Part shown: positions 22,330 through 31,323 of the stretch, piece after piece
Layout of the letters: the number at the start of each line of letters is the position of its first letter
How positions within the stretch are numbered: the stretch's first letter is position 1
Source of the DNA: an uncultured Chloroflexia bacterium
Lineage (GTDB): Bacteria > Chloroflexota > Limnocylindria > Limnocylindrales > CSP1-4
Direction of reading: 5' to 3'
NCBI GenBank assembly: GCA_963712745.1
Contig: CAVQJC010000005.1
Coordinates: 1-64,000, forward strand
DNA: 64,000 nucleotides
The notes under the pieces: generated by a model
What the model was told of the DNA's origin: nothing
The model's database searches: none
Seen by the model: the letters and a program-made list of their open reading frames with translations, nothing else
Translations under genes and position numbers: made by a program

Positions 22330-23301
22330 TCACGACGATGTGGCCCCCTGCGCGAGGCTCGATGCCGAAACGACCTGCTGCAGTGTAGGGAACCGGTCGT
22401 CCGGCCGGGAGACGTAGAGACCGGCGGCCGTGTTCGCGAAATCCATCGATGCGGCCAAGTCGTTTCCCGCGAGGCGAGCGCGGATGAAGGCGGCGTCGAA
22501 CGCGTCTCCGGCCCCGACCGCGTCAGCGACGGGAACGCGCATCGCTGGCACCTGGTACGCCTGGTCGTCGTGACGCCCGAAGCTGCCGTCGGCGCCGCAC
22601 TTGATCACTACGGTGGAGGGTCCGGCATCCTGCAGGATGGTGCAGGCGGTCGCGGGGTCCGCCGCACCGCTGATCGCCGCAGCTTCGTCCCAGTTGGGCA
22701 AGAACACGTCTGTGTCTCGGAGCAGACGCAGGAAGGAGGTGACGGTCTCGGTGGGCCAACCGCCCGGATCCCAGCCAGGATCCAGCACGGTGGTACAGCC
22801 TTGATCGCGGGCCCTGGCGATGAGGCGGGTCGCGGCCGCAAGGTGGAGAGCGCCGAGATTGAAGAGGCCTACCAAGCAGAAGACGGCGCAGCCGTCGGTG
22901 TGGTCCCATTGGCGATCCACCAAGGCCTCATCGACATCGTTCCCGCACCCCAGGTCCGAGATGAACGCGCGCTCCCCGTCGGGGCGAACAGCGGCGATCG
23001 TGATCCCCGTACGGCCTTGGGGGAGGACCTCGATCCCTCCGGTGTCGACACCGGCTGACGCGAGAGCGGCCGAGATGCGCTCACCGGCGGCATCACTGCC
23101 GACGGCGCCGATGACATGTGTCGGCACACCGAGACTGCGAAGCCCGAGGGCCAGGTACCCGGCCTGGCCGGCGGGGAAGCTGAGACTGGAGGTCGCCACT
23201 GCCTCTGTGCCCCAGTCAGGCAGGTCCGGGATACCCCGAAAGATGAGGTCGGTGTTGAGGTTCCCGACAACGCACACCGACGCGAGATCGGTGACGGTCA
23301 C
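22330..23301 (-). CDS. PfkB family carbohydrate kinase
   Basis: GAVGSDAAG, PNWDEA, DAVGAGDAF. Confidence 0.95.
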   Translation of the reverse strand: MTVTDLASVCVVGNLNTDLIFRGIPDLPDWGTEAVATSSLSFPAGQAGYLALGLRSLGVPTHVIGAVGSDAAGERISAALASAGVDTGGIEVLPQGRTGITIAAVRPDGERAFISDLGCGNDVDEALVDRQWDHTDGCAVFCLVGLFNLGALHLAAATRLIARARDQGCTTVLDPGWDPGGWPTETVTSFLRLLRDTDVFLPNWDEAAAISGAADPATACTILQDAGPSTVVIKCGADGSFGRHDDQAYQVPAMRVPVADAVGAGDAFDAAFIRARLAGNDLAASMDFANTAAGLYVSRPDDRFPTLQQVVSASSLAQGATSS

Positions 23302-23332
23302 GGTCCTGCCGATCGGTGCGGGTGCCTGGTGG

Positions 23333-24400
23333 TCATGGCCATCGGGCGCCTCCGGTGGCCAGGACGTTGTGCCCCATGAACACCCTCTCGTCGAGGTCCG
23401 TGATGCCGCGCAGGATGGCCGAGTAGACGATGAGCCACTGGGTCACGGAGTTCATGACCAATGGGGTCAGCAGAGGATGGATGTCACCGAACTCGGCGGC
23501 GTCGTAGATGTGGACCTCGGAGCCCTGGGAGGAGCAGAAGTCGATGGTCCGTGAGGTCACGTCCCGCGAAGCGTCCGTACCCAGCAGGACGAGGAACGTG
23601 GCCCGCAGTCTCTCCAGCGCCTCGGCGGGTCCATGCCGCCATTCAGCGGCGTCGCAGTACGTGGCCCCGATCCTGATGTTCTCCATGAACACGCTCAGAG
23701 CGACCTTGTAGGCGAGGGGAGCCAGCGGGCCCGAACCGAGGACGTAGACGTGCTGGGCACGCAGCAGATCGCGGGCACGCTGCTCGGCGCGCTCCTCCTC
23801 TGCGCCGAGAACTCGCTTCAGGACGGGGGGAAGGCCGATCAGGGAAGCCCGCAGTCGCTCGAAGTCCGACGTGCTGTCGGCGGCTCCCCCACGGCCCACG
23901 GCGAAGAGCAGTAGCGCAGCGATGGGGATCTCGTAGATGGCGGCGCTGTCATAGGGCAGCACGACATCGGCCTCTGCGGCCATGGTGCTGTCGGGTCTTC
24001 CGACGATCGCGATGGTCTTGGCTCCGCTCGATCTCGCGAACCGAAGCGCGGCCACGGTGTCCTCGGTCTCGCCCGAGTAGGAGGCGAGGAACACCAATGC
24101 GTCCTGGTCGAGGCGCCGCGGCTGACGCCACAAGAGCTCGTAGGAAGGCAGGGCGTCCGACGCGACGTCGCTGAGCAGGCCGTCGAGGAGGTACTTGCCA
24201 GTCTGCATCGAGGCCAGCGAACCCCCGCTGCCTATCAAGAAGAGATGACCCGACTGGCCCTGGTGCCCCTTCCCGAGGGCGATGCAGGCCTCCCCTTGAT
24301 CGTCGATGAACGTGCCCAGGTCCGTGTCGATCCGCGCCCCACTGAAGTAGAGGCTCTCCTTGGCCTTCTCGACGTACCCCCTGAGTTCGGATTCCTGCAT
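23333..24400 (-). CDS. SIS-domain protein, fructosamine-6-phosphate deglycase (FrlB)-like
   Basis: GSGGSLAS, SYSGETEDT, MEN, AAEWRHGPAE. Confidence 0.85.
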   Translation of the reverse strand: MQESELRGYVEKAKESLYFSGARIDTDLGTFIDDQGEACIALGKGHQGQSGHLFLIGSGGSLASMQTGKYLLDGLLSDVASDALPSYELLWRQPRRLDQDALVFLASYSGETEDTVAALRFARSSGAKTIAIVGRPDSTMAAEADVVLPYDSAAIYEIPIAALLLFAVGRGGAADSTSDFERLRASLIGLPPVLKRVLGAEEERAEQRARDLLRAQHVYVLGSGPLAPLAYKVALSVFMENIRIGATYCDAAEWRHGPAEALERLRATFLVLLGTDASRDVTSRTIDFCSSQGSEVHIYDAAEFGDIHPLLTPLVMNSVTQWLIVYSAILRGITDLDERVFMGHNVLATGGARWP

Positions 24401-24479
24401 GACTACTCCTTTCGGCTGTGACTCATCCCTGACGGCAACGCAGGACGTGGAAGCTGACAAGGTCCCCACTCGAGGTCGA

Positions 24480-25643
24480 TCAGTCGACCTCTCCGCAGTA
24501 GGACCGGATGGTCGACTCGAGGATCTCGCCGAGGGTGAGGAGCTCGCCCACGTCCACCCACTCATCGGGTGCATGGAGTCGCTCGCTGGTGGCGCCCAGG
24601 GAGATGGTGGCGATGCCAGCGGCCTGCAGCAACGCCGCATCCATCCAAGCGTTCTCTCCGACCGCCTGGAGCCTCTGGCCGGTGATCCGGAGCGTAGCGT
24701 CTGCGGCGGCATCCCAGAGTTCCTCGTGTCCCGAGGCCTCGAACGGATCGCGATCGAGCTGAACGATGACCTCGGCGCTGAAGTCCGGGAGCTCCGCTCG
24801 TGTCGCATCGAAGATGGCCTCGATGTCGCGCACACGGTCGGCGATCGTCTCGCCCGGCTGGGTGCCGATCTCGATGCCGATGGTGCACGCGGACGGATAG
24901 CTGGCGTAGTCGCTGCCGCCCGTGACGGTGCTCGCGTGGTAGACGGTGGCGCCGTTCATCGGATGAGGCCGGGCCGCCCACTCGGCCCCGAGCGCATCGA
25001 GACGACGCAGGACCGGAGCCGCGTGCCCGATGGCGTCGATGCCCAACTCAGGTGCCGAACCGTGAGCCGAGCGTCCATGGACAACGATGTCGAGCCAGCC
25101 GAACCCCTGGTGGGTCACGAGTGCCTTGCCCAGGGCGAGCGGTTCCAGGACGATGGCCGCATCGGTCAGGTGGCGGGTCACCAGGTCCTGTGTCCCCAGC
25201 GACCTGGCTTCCTCGTCCATCACGAAAGCGACCACCAGATCACCCCTCAAGCGCGTGCCCGAACGAAGGAGCGACTCGAGCACGAGCATGGCGAGAGCCA
25301 CGCTGCCCTTGTCGTCCGCGGCCCCCAGGCCCACCATGCGGTCACCCACAAGGTCTGGCCTGAGAGCGCGATCGGGCCAGCCCGCGTGGCCGACGGTGTC
25401 GATGTGGGAGTTGAGGCACAAGGACCGTCCATCCCCTGATCCGGGCCATCGCACCACCACGTTGGGCCGTCCGGGTGCTACTTCGTCCACTGCCACCTCG
25501 AGGCCCAGGTGGCGGACCCTTCGGGCCAGCAACGCTGCTACCTCGCCTTCGCCGGGGGCGCCGGCGATGAGCCACGGATTGCGAGAGTCGATCTCGATGA
25601 GCCCGGTCAGCAGCGCAACGAGATCTTCCCTGAGTACAGACAT
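24480..25643 (-). CDS. M20 family deacylase/peptidase (ArgE/DapE-like)
   Basis: NSHIDTV, GLGAADDKG, DEE, EP, GRSAHGS, WMDA, LHAPDEWV. Confidence 0.92.
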   Translation of the reverse strand: MSVLREDLVALLTGLIEIDSRNPWLIAGAPGEGEVAALLARRVRHLGLEVAVDEVAPGRPNVVVRWPGSGDGRSLCLNSHIDTVGHAGWPDRALRPDLVGDRMVGLGAADDKGSVALAMLVLESLLRSGTRLRGDLVVAFVMDEEARSLGTQDLVTRHLTDAAIVLEPLALGKALVTHQGFGWLDIVVHGRSAHGSAPELGIDAIGHAAPVLRRLDALGAEWAARPHPMNGATVYHASTVTGGSDYASYPSACTIGIEIGTQPGETIADRVRDIEAIFDATRAELPDFSAEVIVQLDRDPFEASGHEELWDAAADATLRITGQRLQAVGENAWMDAALLQAAGIATISLGATSERLHAPDEWVDVGELLTLGEILESTIRSYCGEVD

Positions 25644-25797
25644 GATCCAACTCCCGAGCAACAGCCACCAGGGTGGCCCCACCTCTAGCGTACTTCCCGC
25701 CTGGATGCCAGGAACACCCGCTGGCTCCGCTGCTCCTGGCGTCCGCCGACAGAGCCGGCAGGCGAGCGCCCCGCCTGTCCCCGCTCCTCGCCAGGCG

Positions 25798-25826
25798 GAG
25801 CCTCTCCGGTGAAGCCGGAGAGGCTC
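25798..25826. terminator. 12-bp stem hairpin, terminator-like
   Basis: GAGCCTCTCCGG-TGAAG-CCGGAGAGGCTC followed by TCGTTGT. Confidence 0.55.
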
Positions 25827-25884
25827 TCGTTGTCGACCGCGCCTCCGTCAGCACACGTGACATCCGGCTCCAGCACATGCTCGG

Positions 25885-25943
25885 ACACCAGCTGCCGACC
25901 GGATCGCCGCCAGCAACATGATCGTGAGTGGCGGTCTGCCCTA
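25885..25943 (+). repeat. Orphan duplicate of the SDR 3' end (direct repeat of 22229-22287)
   Basis: 53/59 nt identical; TPAADRIAASNMIVSGGLPY versus TPAADQITASHMIVSGGLPY. Confidence 0.9.
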
Positions 25944-26010
25944 CTACCGCCAGGCCGAACAGGCGGGCAACGGCGGCGGGGTCAGACGCTCAGAGCCGCG
26001 GACTCGGGGC

Positions 26011-27459
26011 TCAGGGACGCAGTCCACGAAGGGCTGGATAGAGCCCGCGGAAGCGCGCATACGAATCGTCATAGGCGTCGTGGTCGCGGGGCTCGACGAC
26101 ATCGCCAGGCTCCACGAACCGCTCGATGTCCGACCAGTCCTCCACTGCCCTGATGGCCACTGCCGCAGCGAAGGCCACGCCCAGCGCCGAACCTGGGTGT
26201 GATCGCAACTTCTCCAGCGGCAGCCCCAGCACGTCGGCGGTCACCTGCGTCCACAGACGGGAGGCGGCACCGCCGTTGGTGACCCGCACACGCTCCGGCC
26301 GCAGGCCCAGCTCGGCGAAGACGTCGAGGTGATGGCGGAAGCCGTAGGCGATCGACTCGAGCACCGCCCGGAAGAGATCCCCGCGGCGATGCGACAGGCT
26401 CAGCCCAACGAAGGCGCCGCGTGCCTGGGGGTCGTTGAGCGGGGTCTTCTCGCCGAGCATGTAGGGCAGTGCCACGATCCCGTTCGCCCCTGGACCGGCG
26501 GCGGCGGCCTCGGCATCCAGCGTCGCCAGCTCGGCGCCCGCGGCCAGCTCCCGCTGGAACCAGCGGATGAAGCTGCCGGAAGCAGCCATGCAGCCGTTGG
26601 GCAGGTAGAGGCCCGGCGCCAGGTGCATGTCCAGATAGAGTCTCTCGTCGACGACGGGCTCGGCCGTGGTGAGTAGGATGTCGCCGGCACCCCCGAGCTT
26701 GACGAGCATGTCCCCTGGATGCACCAGACCGGCCGCGAAGGCGGAGGCCACGTGGTCGGCGCTCCCCGCGATGACGGGCGTGCCGGGCCGGATACCGGTC
26801 TCGGCGGCGGCCGTCTCGGTGACGCTCCCCACGACGTCCGAGGGGGAGCGCACGGGCGGCAGCAGATCCGGATCCACTCCCACAGCGGCGAGCACGTCGC
26901 CGGCCCAGCTCTCGGTGCCGAGGTCGTAGAGACCGCTCTCCACGGCCCAGTTGCGCTCGACCGATGGCACGCCGGTCAGGAACATCGTCATCGCGTCGTA
27001 CGAACCGAGGACCGCCCTGGCGGCCGCCAGCGTCGCCGGCTCGTGGCGCTTCAACCAGCGGAGGGTGGGCGCCACCGACTGCTGCGTGATGGGCGAGCCG
27101 GTGCGCTCCAGGATGCGGGCGCCGGCAAGCTCCCGGTTCAACTCATCGATCTCCGTCGTCGCGCGTGCGTCGTTCTGCTGGATCGACCGGCGGAGGGGAC
27201 GACCGGCCGCGTCGAGCAGCACGACGCAGGGCACCATGCCGCTGACCCCGACAGCGTCGGGCTGGCCGTGGCTGACCAGCTCGCGCGCCAGCGCGCAGAG
27301 GTTCGCCCACCACTCGCCGACCTCCTCCTCCGCCCAGCCGGGTTGGTCGGAGTGGAGCGCGGTCGGCCGACTGGCCTCCGCGACGAGGCCCGCTTCGGTG
27401 TCGAGCAGGACGGCCTTGGTGGCGGTGGTCCCGATGTCGATACCGAGCAGCAGGCTCAT
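26011..27459 (-). CDS. FGGY family carbohydrate kinase (xylulokinase-like)
   Basis: LLGIDIGTTATK, QQNDAR, GSADH, PYMLGEKTP, TNGGA. Confidence 0.93.
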   Translation of the reverse strand: MSLLLGIDIGTTATKAVLLDTEAGLVAEASRPTALHSDQPGWAEEEVGEWWANLCALARELVSHGQPDAVGVSGMVPCVVLLDAAGRPLRRSIQQNDARATTEIDELNRELAGARILERTGSPITQQSVAPTLRWLKRHEPATLAAARAVLGSYDAMTMFLTGVPSVERNWAVESGLYDLGTESWAGDVLAAVGVDPDLLPPVRSPSDVVGSVTETAAAETGIRPGTPVIAGSADHVASAFAAGLVHPGDMLVKLGGAGDILLTTAEPVVDERLYLDMHLAPGLYLPNGCMAASGSFIRWFQRELAAGAELATLDAEAAAAGPGANGIVALPYMLGEKTPLNDPQARGAFVGLSLSHRRGDLFRAVLESIAYGFRHHLDVFAELGLRPERVRVTNGGAASRLWTQVTADVLGLPLEKLRSHPGSALGVAFAAAVAIRAVEDWSDIERFVEPGDVVEPRDHDAYDDSYARFRGLYPALRGLRP

Positions 27460-28625
27460 CGGTCCTGCTCGCTCGCCGGGGACGGGGGCCCGCCGGCAAG
27501 CCTGGGGTTCGTCTCTGCAGTCGGCACGCGCTGGACCAGGAACACCGTGACCAGCGAGGCCACGACAAGCAGGCCCAGGGCAGTACTGATCCCGAACGCG
27601 CTCGTCGTGGCACCGATGAGTGGACCCGTGACCATGAACGCCAGTGTAAGGAATGTGAACGCGGCCGAGAGCGACGGGCCGTGGGGCGGGATACGCCCAG
27701 CCGCGTTGAACAGCTGGGGGATGGCGTTGGCGATGCCCACGCCGGCGATGACCATGCCCAGCAGGCCGACAAGCGCATTCCCGACGACGAGGAAGACGAC
27801 CATCACCACCGCCGTCAGCAACATTCCCCACTCGAGCATGCGGACCGAGCCGACCCGATCCTTGGCCCAGTCTCCGCCGAGGCGCCCCAGGAACAGTCCG
27901 AGGGACAGGGCGGCGTAGGCCAGTGCCGACTCTTCGGGTTCCGCGCCGACGCCCTGGCGGAGATAGACCCCGCCCCAGTCGGTCAGGCCCGCTTCGACGA
28001 AGGCGATGAGCGCGAGGAGGACCGCGATGGGCACGATAGCGCGGGTCGGCAGGTGGATCCCGCTGGCGCCTTCGGTCCTGACCGTGCCCGTGCCCAGGGA
28101 CGGGACCGACACCAACACCACCAACCACACCGCCCCGGCTGCGAACACGACCTCGACCACTGGCTCGATGCCGATGGCGACGGCGAGTGCGACGCCTACC
28201 GAGCCGATGATCCCGCCCAGCGACCAGCCGGCGTGGAGCCCCGAGAAGATCGACTTGCCGCCGGCGGTCTCCAACGCGACTCCGTGCGCGTTCATCGACA
28301 CGTCCATGGTGGTATTGGCAAAGCCCAGGCCGAGCAGGACCACGGCCAGCCCAAGCGGGCTGGCTGCCAGCACCGGAGGGAGCAGCAGGAGCGGCAGGAT
28401 GAGTCCGGCCACGGCCAGTACCAGCCGGCTCGACACGCGGACCAGCAGTTGCCCGGTGATCTGCTGGGCCACGAGTGCGCCCAGCGGAAGACAAAGCAGG
28501 ACGAGACCCAGCTGTTCGGGCGGGATCTGGAGTCGTTCCTGGATGCCGGGGATGAGCGCGACCCAGGTTCCGACCACGACTCCGTTGACGACGAACATCA
28601 GGAACGTCGCCAGGCGCGGGCTCAT
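27456..28625 (-). CDS. MFS transporter
   Basis: About 12 TM segments; DVSMNAHG, HAGWSLG, GRLGGD. Confidence 0.9.
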   Translation of the reverse strand: MSPRLATFLMFVVNGVVVGTWVALIPGIQERLQIPPEQLGLVLLCLPLGALVAQQITGQLLVRVSSRLVLAVAGLILPLLLLPPVLAASPLGLAVVLLGLGFANTTMDVSMNAHGVALETAGGKSIFSGLHAGWSLGGIIGSVGVALAVAIGIEPVVEVVFAAGAVWLVVLVSVPSLGTGTVRTEGASGIHLPTRAIVPIAVLLALIAFVEAGLTDWGGVYLRQGVGAEPEESALAYAALSLGLFLGRLGGDWAKDRVGSVRMLEWGMLLTAVVMVVFLVVGNALVGLLGMVIAGVGIANAIPQLFNAAGRIPPHGPSLSAAFTFLTLAFMVTGPLIGATTSAFGISTALGLLVVASLVTVFLVQRVPTAETNPRLAGGPPSPASEQDR

Positions 28626-28674
28626 CGAGCGGCTCGGTGTCGGCTCAGGGGGCAAGCGCCGTTACGGCGCAGGG

Positions 28675-29154
28675 TCACCTGCCGGCCTTGAACGGATACA
28701 GCACCCAATCGTTGGTCTCGACGATGTAGTGGTCGGGCACGAGGTCCACGCGCGACCGAACCGGCTTGTAATGCAGGACCGCGGTGATGGGCTCACCGCC
28801 GGCCGCCCGGATGCGCGCGGAGACCGCGGCGATGGTGGTGCCCGAGTCCCAGACCTCGTCGATGATCAGGACGCGCTTGCCTCGCAGCTGTTCGTCGGCG
28901 GGGAACTGCAGGAACTCCGCCTCGCCGCGGAACCCCTTCTCATCGTCGTAGACCACCACCGCGGCGAGCAGCATGTCACGCCAGCCCATGCGGTAGCCGA
29001 GCATCCCGGCGGGCACGAGACCACCTCGGGAGATGGCCAGGACGACGTCCGGCTCGGGGGCGGCTGCGAGGCGCTCGGCCAGCTCGGCGACCAGGCGGTC
29101 CAAGTCGTCCCAGGTGACATCGATCTTGACGGGCTCAGGGGCGGTTTCGGGCAT
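28675..29154 (-). CDS. Purine phosphoribosyltransferase (Gpt-like)
   Basis: AISRGGLVP and PRPP-binding loop VLIIDEVWDSGTT. Confidence 0.9.
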   Translation of the reverse strand: MPETAPEPVKIDVTWDDLDRLVAELAERLAAAPEPDVVLAISRGGLVPAGMLGYRMGWRDMLLAAVVVYDDEKGFRGEAEFLQFPADEQLRGKRVLIIDEVWDSGTTIAAVSARIRAAGGEPITAVLHYKPVRSRVDLVPDHYIVETNDWVLYPFKAGR

Positions 29155-29191
29155 GTCTCGCAGCCTACACGAGCGAGCCCTCGGTCGGTCG

Positions 29192-29608
29192 TCACGAGCC
29201 GCCGCGGAACTGGCTGATCTCGAAAAGGTGCCCGTCGGGATCCCGGAAGAACGCCCGCACCTCCCATTCCGACTCGACCGGCGGAGTCAGGAAGTCAGCC
29301 CCGCGCGAGCGCAACGTGTCGTAGGCGGCCCGCCCATCGGGCACCCGGATGGTCATGGCGTGGCTCACGCGATCGGGGTCGTCGACCGTCTCGAAGGTGA
29401 CGCCCGGCTTGTCGGAAGTAGGTCCGCCGCCAGTCACCAGCAGGAGCCAGGCGGCGTTGAAGGCGAAGACCGCGGATGTGCCGCCGTACTCGCGCACCAG
29501 CTCTGCGCCGAGGACGTCGCGGTAGAACGCCACCGAAGTGGGCAGGTCGCCGACCACCAGGATGTGGGTGAGTTCCATCTGCTCGGTCGGGAAGGGCTCG
29601 GTCATCAT
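29192..29608 (-). CDS. VOC/glyoxalase family protein
   Basis: SVAFYRDVLG...FFRDPDGHLFEI. Confidence 0.9.
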   Translation of the reverse strand: MMTEPFPTEQMELTHILVVGDLPTSVAFYRDVLGAELVREYGGTSAVFAFNAAWLLLVTGGGPTSDKPGVTFETVDDPDRVSHAMTIRVPDGRAAYDTLRSRGADFLTPPVESEWEVRAFFRDPDGHLFEISQFRGGS

Positions 29609-29745
29609 CACCTCCTGCGCCATGCGGTCGGGCCCCCTGCGGTGCCCTGTTCTACCATGGACTGCACAGACCCCCGGTGCGACCGAGGCCGCGGAGACCC
29701 GCGGTCGGCCCATGTGCGTACCTACCATGCCTGAGGAGGCCAATC

Positions 29746-30285
29746 ATGACGTTCGGACCCATCCAGATCTTCGCCTTCGGGTTCGCTGACACAGCCAACT
29801 TCGAAGGCCGCATCGCGGAGGAGCTGATCAAGCTCAGCGACGCAGGCACCATCCGCATCGTCGACGCCCTGGCGGTGGTCGCCGAGGGCGACGAGGTCGA
29901 CATCCTCCGCGTCTCCGATCTCGACGAGGAGCAGCGCGAGGAGCTGGGCATGCAGATGGGCGCGCTCATCGGGCTGGGCATGGACGGCCTCGAGGGCATG
30001 CTCGCCGGCGCGGAAGTCGGGGCCGAGATCGTCGAAGAGGGCGGGCTCGGTGTCGTCGAGGCCATCGGCGAGGAATTCATCGAGAACCTGCCCGACGGCG
30101 CCGCTGCCCTGCTGCTCATCATCGAGCACGCCTGGGCGGTGCCGCTGCGCGAGGCGGTCGTCGATGCCGGTGGCATCCTCCTGGGCAACCAGTGGATCGG
30201 CGCCCAGGACCTGGTGGCGCTGGGGGCAGCCCTGGGCATCGCCGCCGAGATGGAGGCCGAGGCCACCAAGAACGACGACCAGTAG
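29746..30285 (+). CDS. DUF6325/DUF1269-like acidic hypothetical protein
   Basis: FGPIQIFAFGF..FEGRIAEEL..GTIRIVD...LLIIEHAWA; RBS GAGGAGG. Confidence 0.75.
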   Translation: MTFGPIQIFAFGFADTANFEGRIAEELIKLSDAGTIRIVDALAVVAEGDEVDILRVSDLDEEQREELGMQMGALIGLGMDGLEGMLAGAEVGAEIVEEGGLGVVEAIGEEFIENLPDGAAALLLIIEHAWAVPLREAVVDAGGILLGNQWIGAQDLVALGAALGIAAEMEAEATKNDDQ

Positions 30286-30374
30286 CCGCACGCACTGCGA
30301 ACCAGGCCCGGCTGATGCCGGGCAGGGCCGGGATGGCGCCCTCTGCGGGGCTCCACCTCGGCCCGACCGTATCT

Positions 30375-30428
30375 GGTGCGCCGGTACGTGACCGGTGCGC
30401 CAGTACGTAACGGGTGCGCCAGTACACT
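30375..30428 (+). repeat. Three 19-bp direct repeats upstream of the FabL-like gene
   Basis: GGTGCGCC(G/A)GTAC core at 30375, 30394 and 30413; the third copy ends in TACACT (-10-like). Confidence 0.8.
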
Positions 30429-30445
30429 GCGGGCGGGAGGTGACC

Positions 30446-31291
30446 ATGACGTTGAAGTGGGACGGACGAGAGTGCTGGGCGCTCGTGCTCGGCGCCAGCA
30501 GCGGCTTCGGCGCCGCTGTCGCGAAAGCCTGGGCCCAGGCCGGGTTCGGCATCGTCGGTGTCCACCTCGACATGCGCGCCACGAGGGCAGACGCGGAGGC
30601 CGTTCGAGCCGAGATCTCGGACCTCGGCGTACCCGTGGCCTTCCACAACATCAACGCCGCAGATGACGCCAAGCGCGAGAGCGTCATCGCGTCGATCAAG
30701 GAGCTGTTCGACGAGCGCCGGGCTGCCGGTGAGCGACCCATGCTCGGCGCCATGCTGCACTCGCTGGCCTTCGGCACCACGCTCCACTACGTCACCGACG
30801 ACCAGGACCGCAGGGAACTCTCGCGCAAGCAGATGGAGATGACACTCGACGTCATGGCCCACTCGCTCGTCTACTGGACGCGGGACCTCTACCATGCCGG
30901 CCTCCTCCAGCGGGGCAGCCGCGTGTATGCGATGTCCAGCGAAGGCGCCATCCTGGCCGTCCCGACCTACGGCGCCGTCAGTGCCGCCAAGGCTGCCCTC
31001 GAGGCGCACGTACGGCAACTCGCGCTCGAGCTTGCGGAGGCCGGCATCACCGTCAACGCCATCCGTGCCGGTGTCACCGACACCCCGGCCCTGCGCCGCA
31101 TCCCGGGCTGGCCACAACTCGTGCAAGCCGCCGAGGCCCGCAACCCACAGGGCCGGCTGACCAGGCCCGCGGACGTGGCCGATGCGCTGACCGTCCTGGC
31201 CACGCCTCAGACGCACTGGATGACGGGCAACGTCATCGGCGTCGACGGCGGTGAGGTCATGGGCTCGAGGGAGACGGCCGACATCCCCTGA
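30446..31291 (+). CDS. Enoyl-ACP reductase-like SDR (FabL/FabI type)
   Basis: GASSGFG, HSLAFG, YGAVSAAKAALE, GVTDTPAL. Confidence 0.85.
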   Translation: MTLKWDGRECWALVLGASSGFGAAVAKAWAQAGFGIVGVHLDMRATRADAEAVRAEISDLGVPVAFHNINAADDAKRESVIASIKELFDERRAAGERPMLGAMLHSLAFGTTLHYVTDDQDRRELSRKQMEMTLDVMAHSLVYWTRDLYHAGLLQRGSRVYAMSSEGAILAVPTYGAVSAAKAALEAHVRQLALELAEAGITVNAIRAGVTDTPALRRIPGWPQLVQAAEARNPQGRLTRPADVADALTVLATPQTHWMTGNVIGVDGGEVMGSRETADIP

Positions 31292-31323
31292 GGGGGAGGC
31301 CGCAAAGCGAAAGATCGCCGCTC

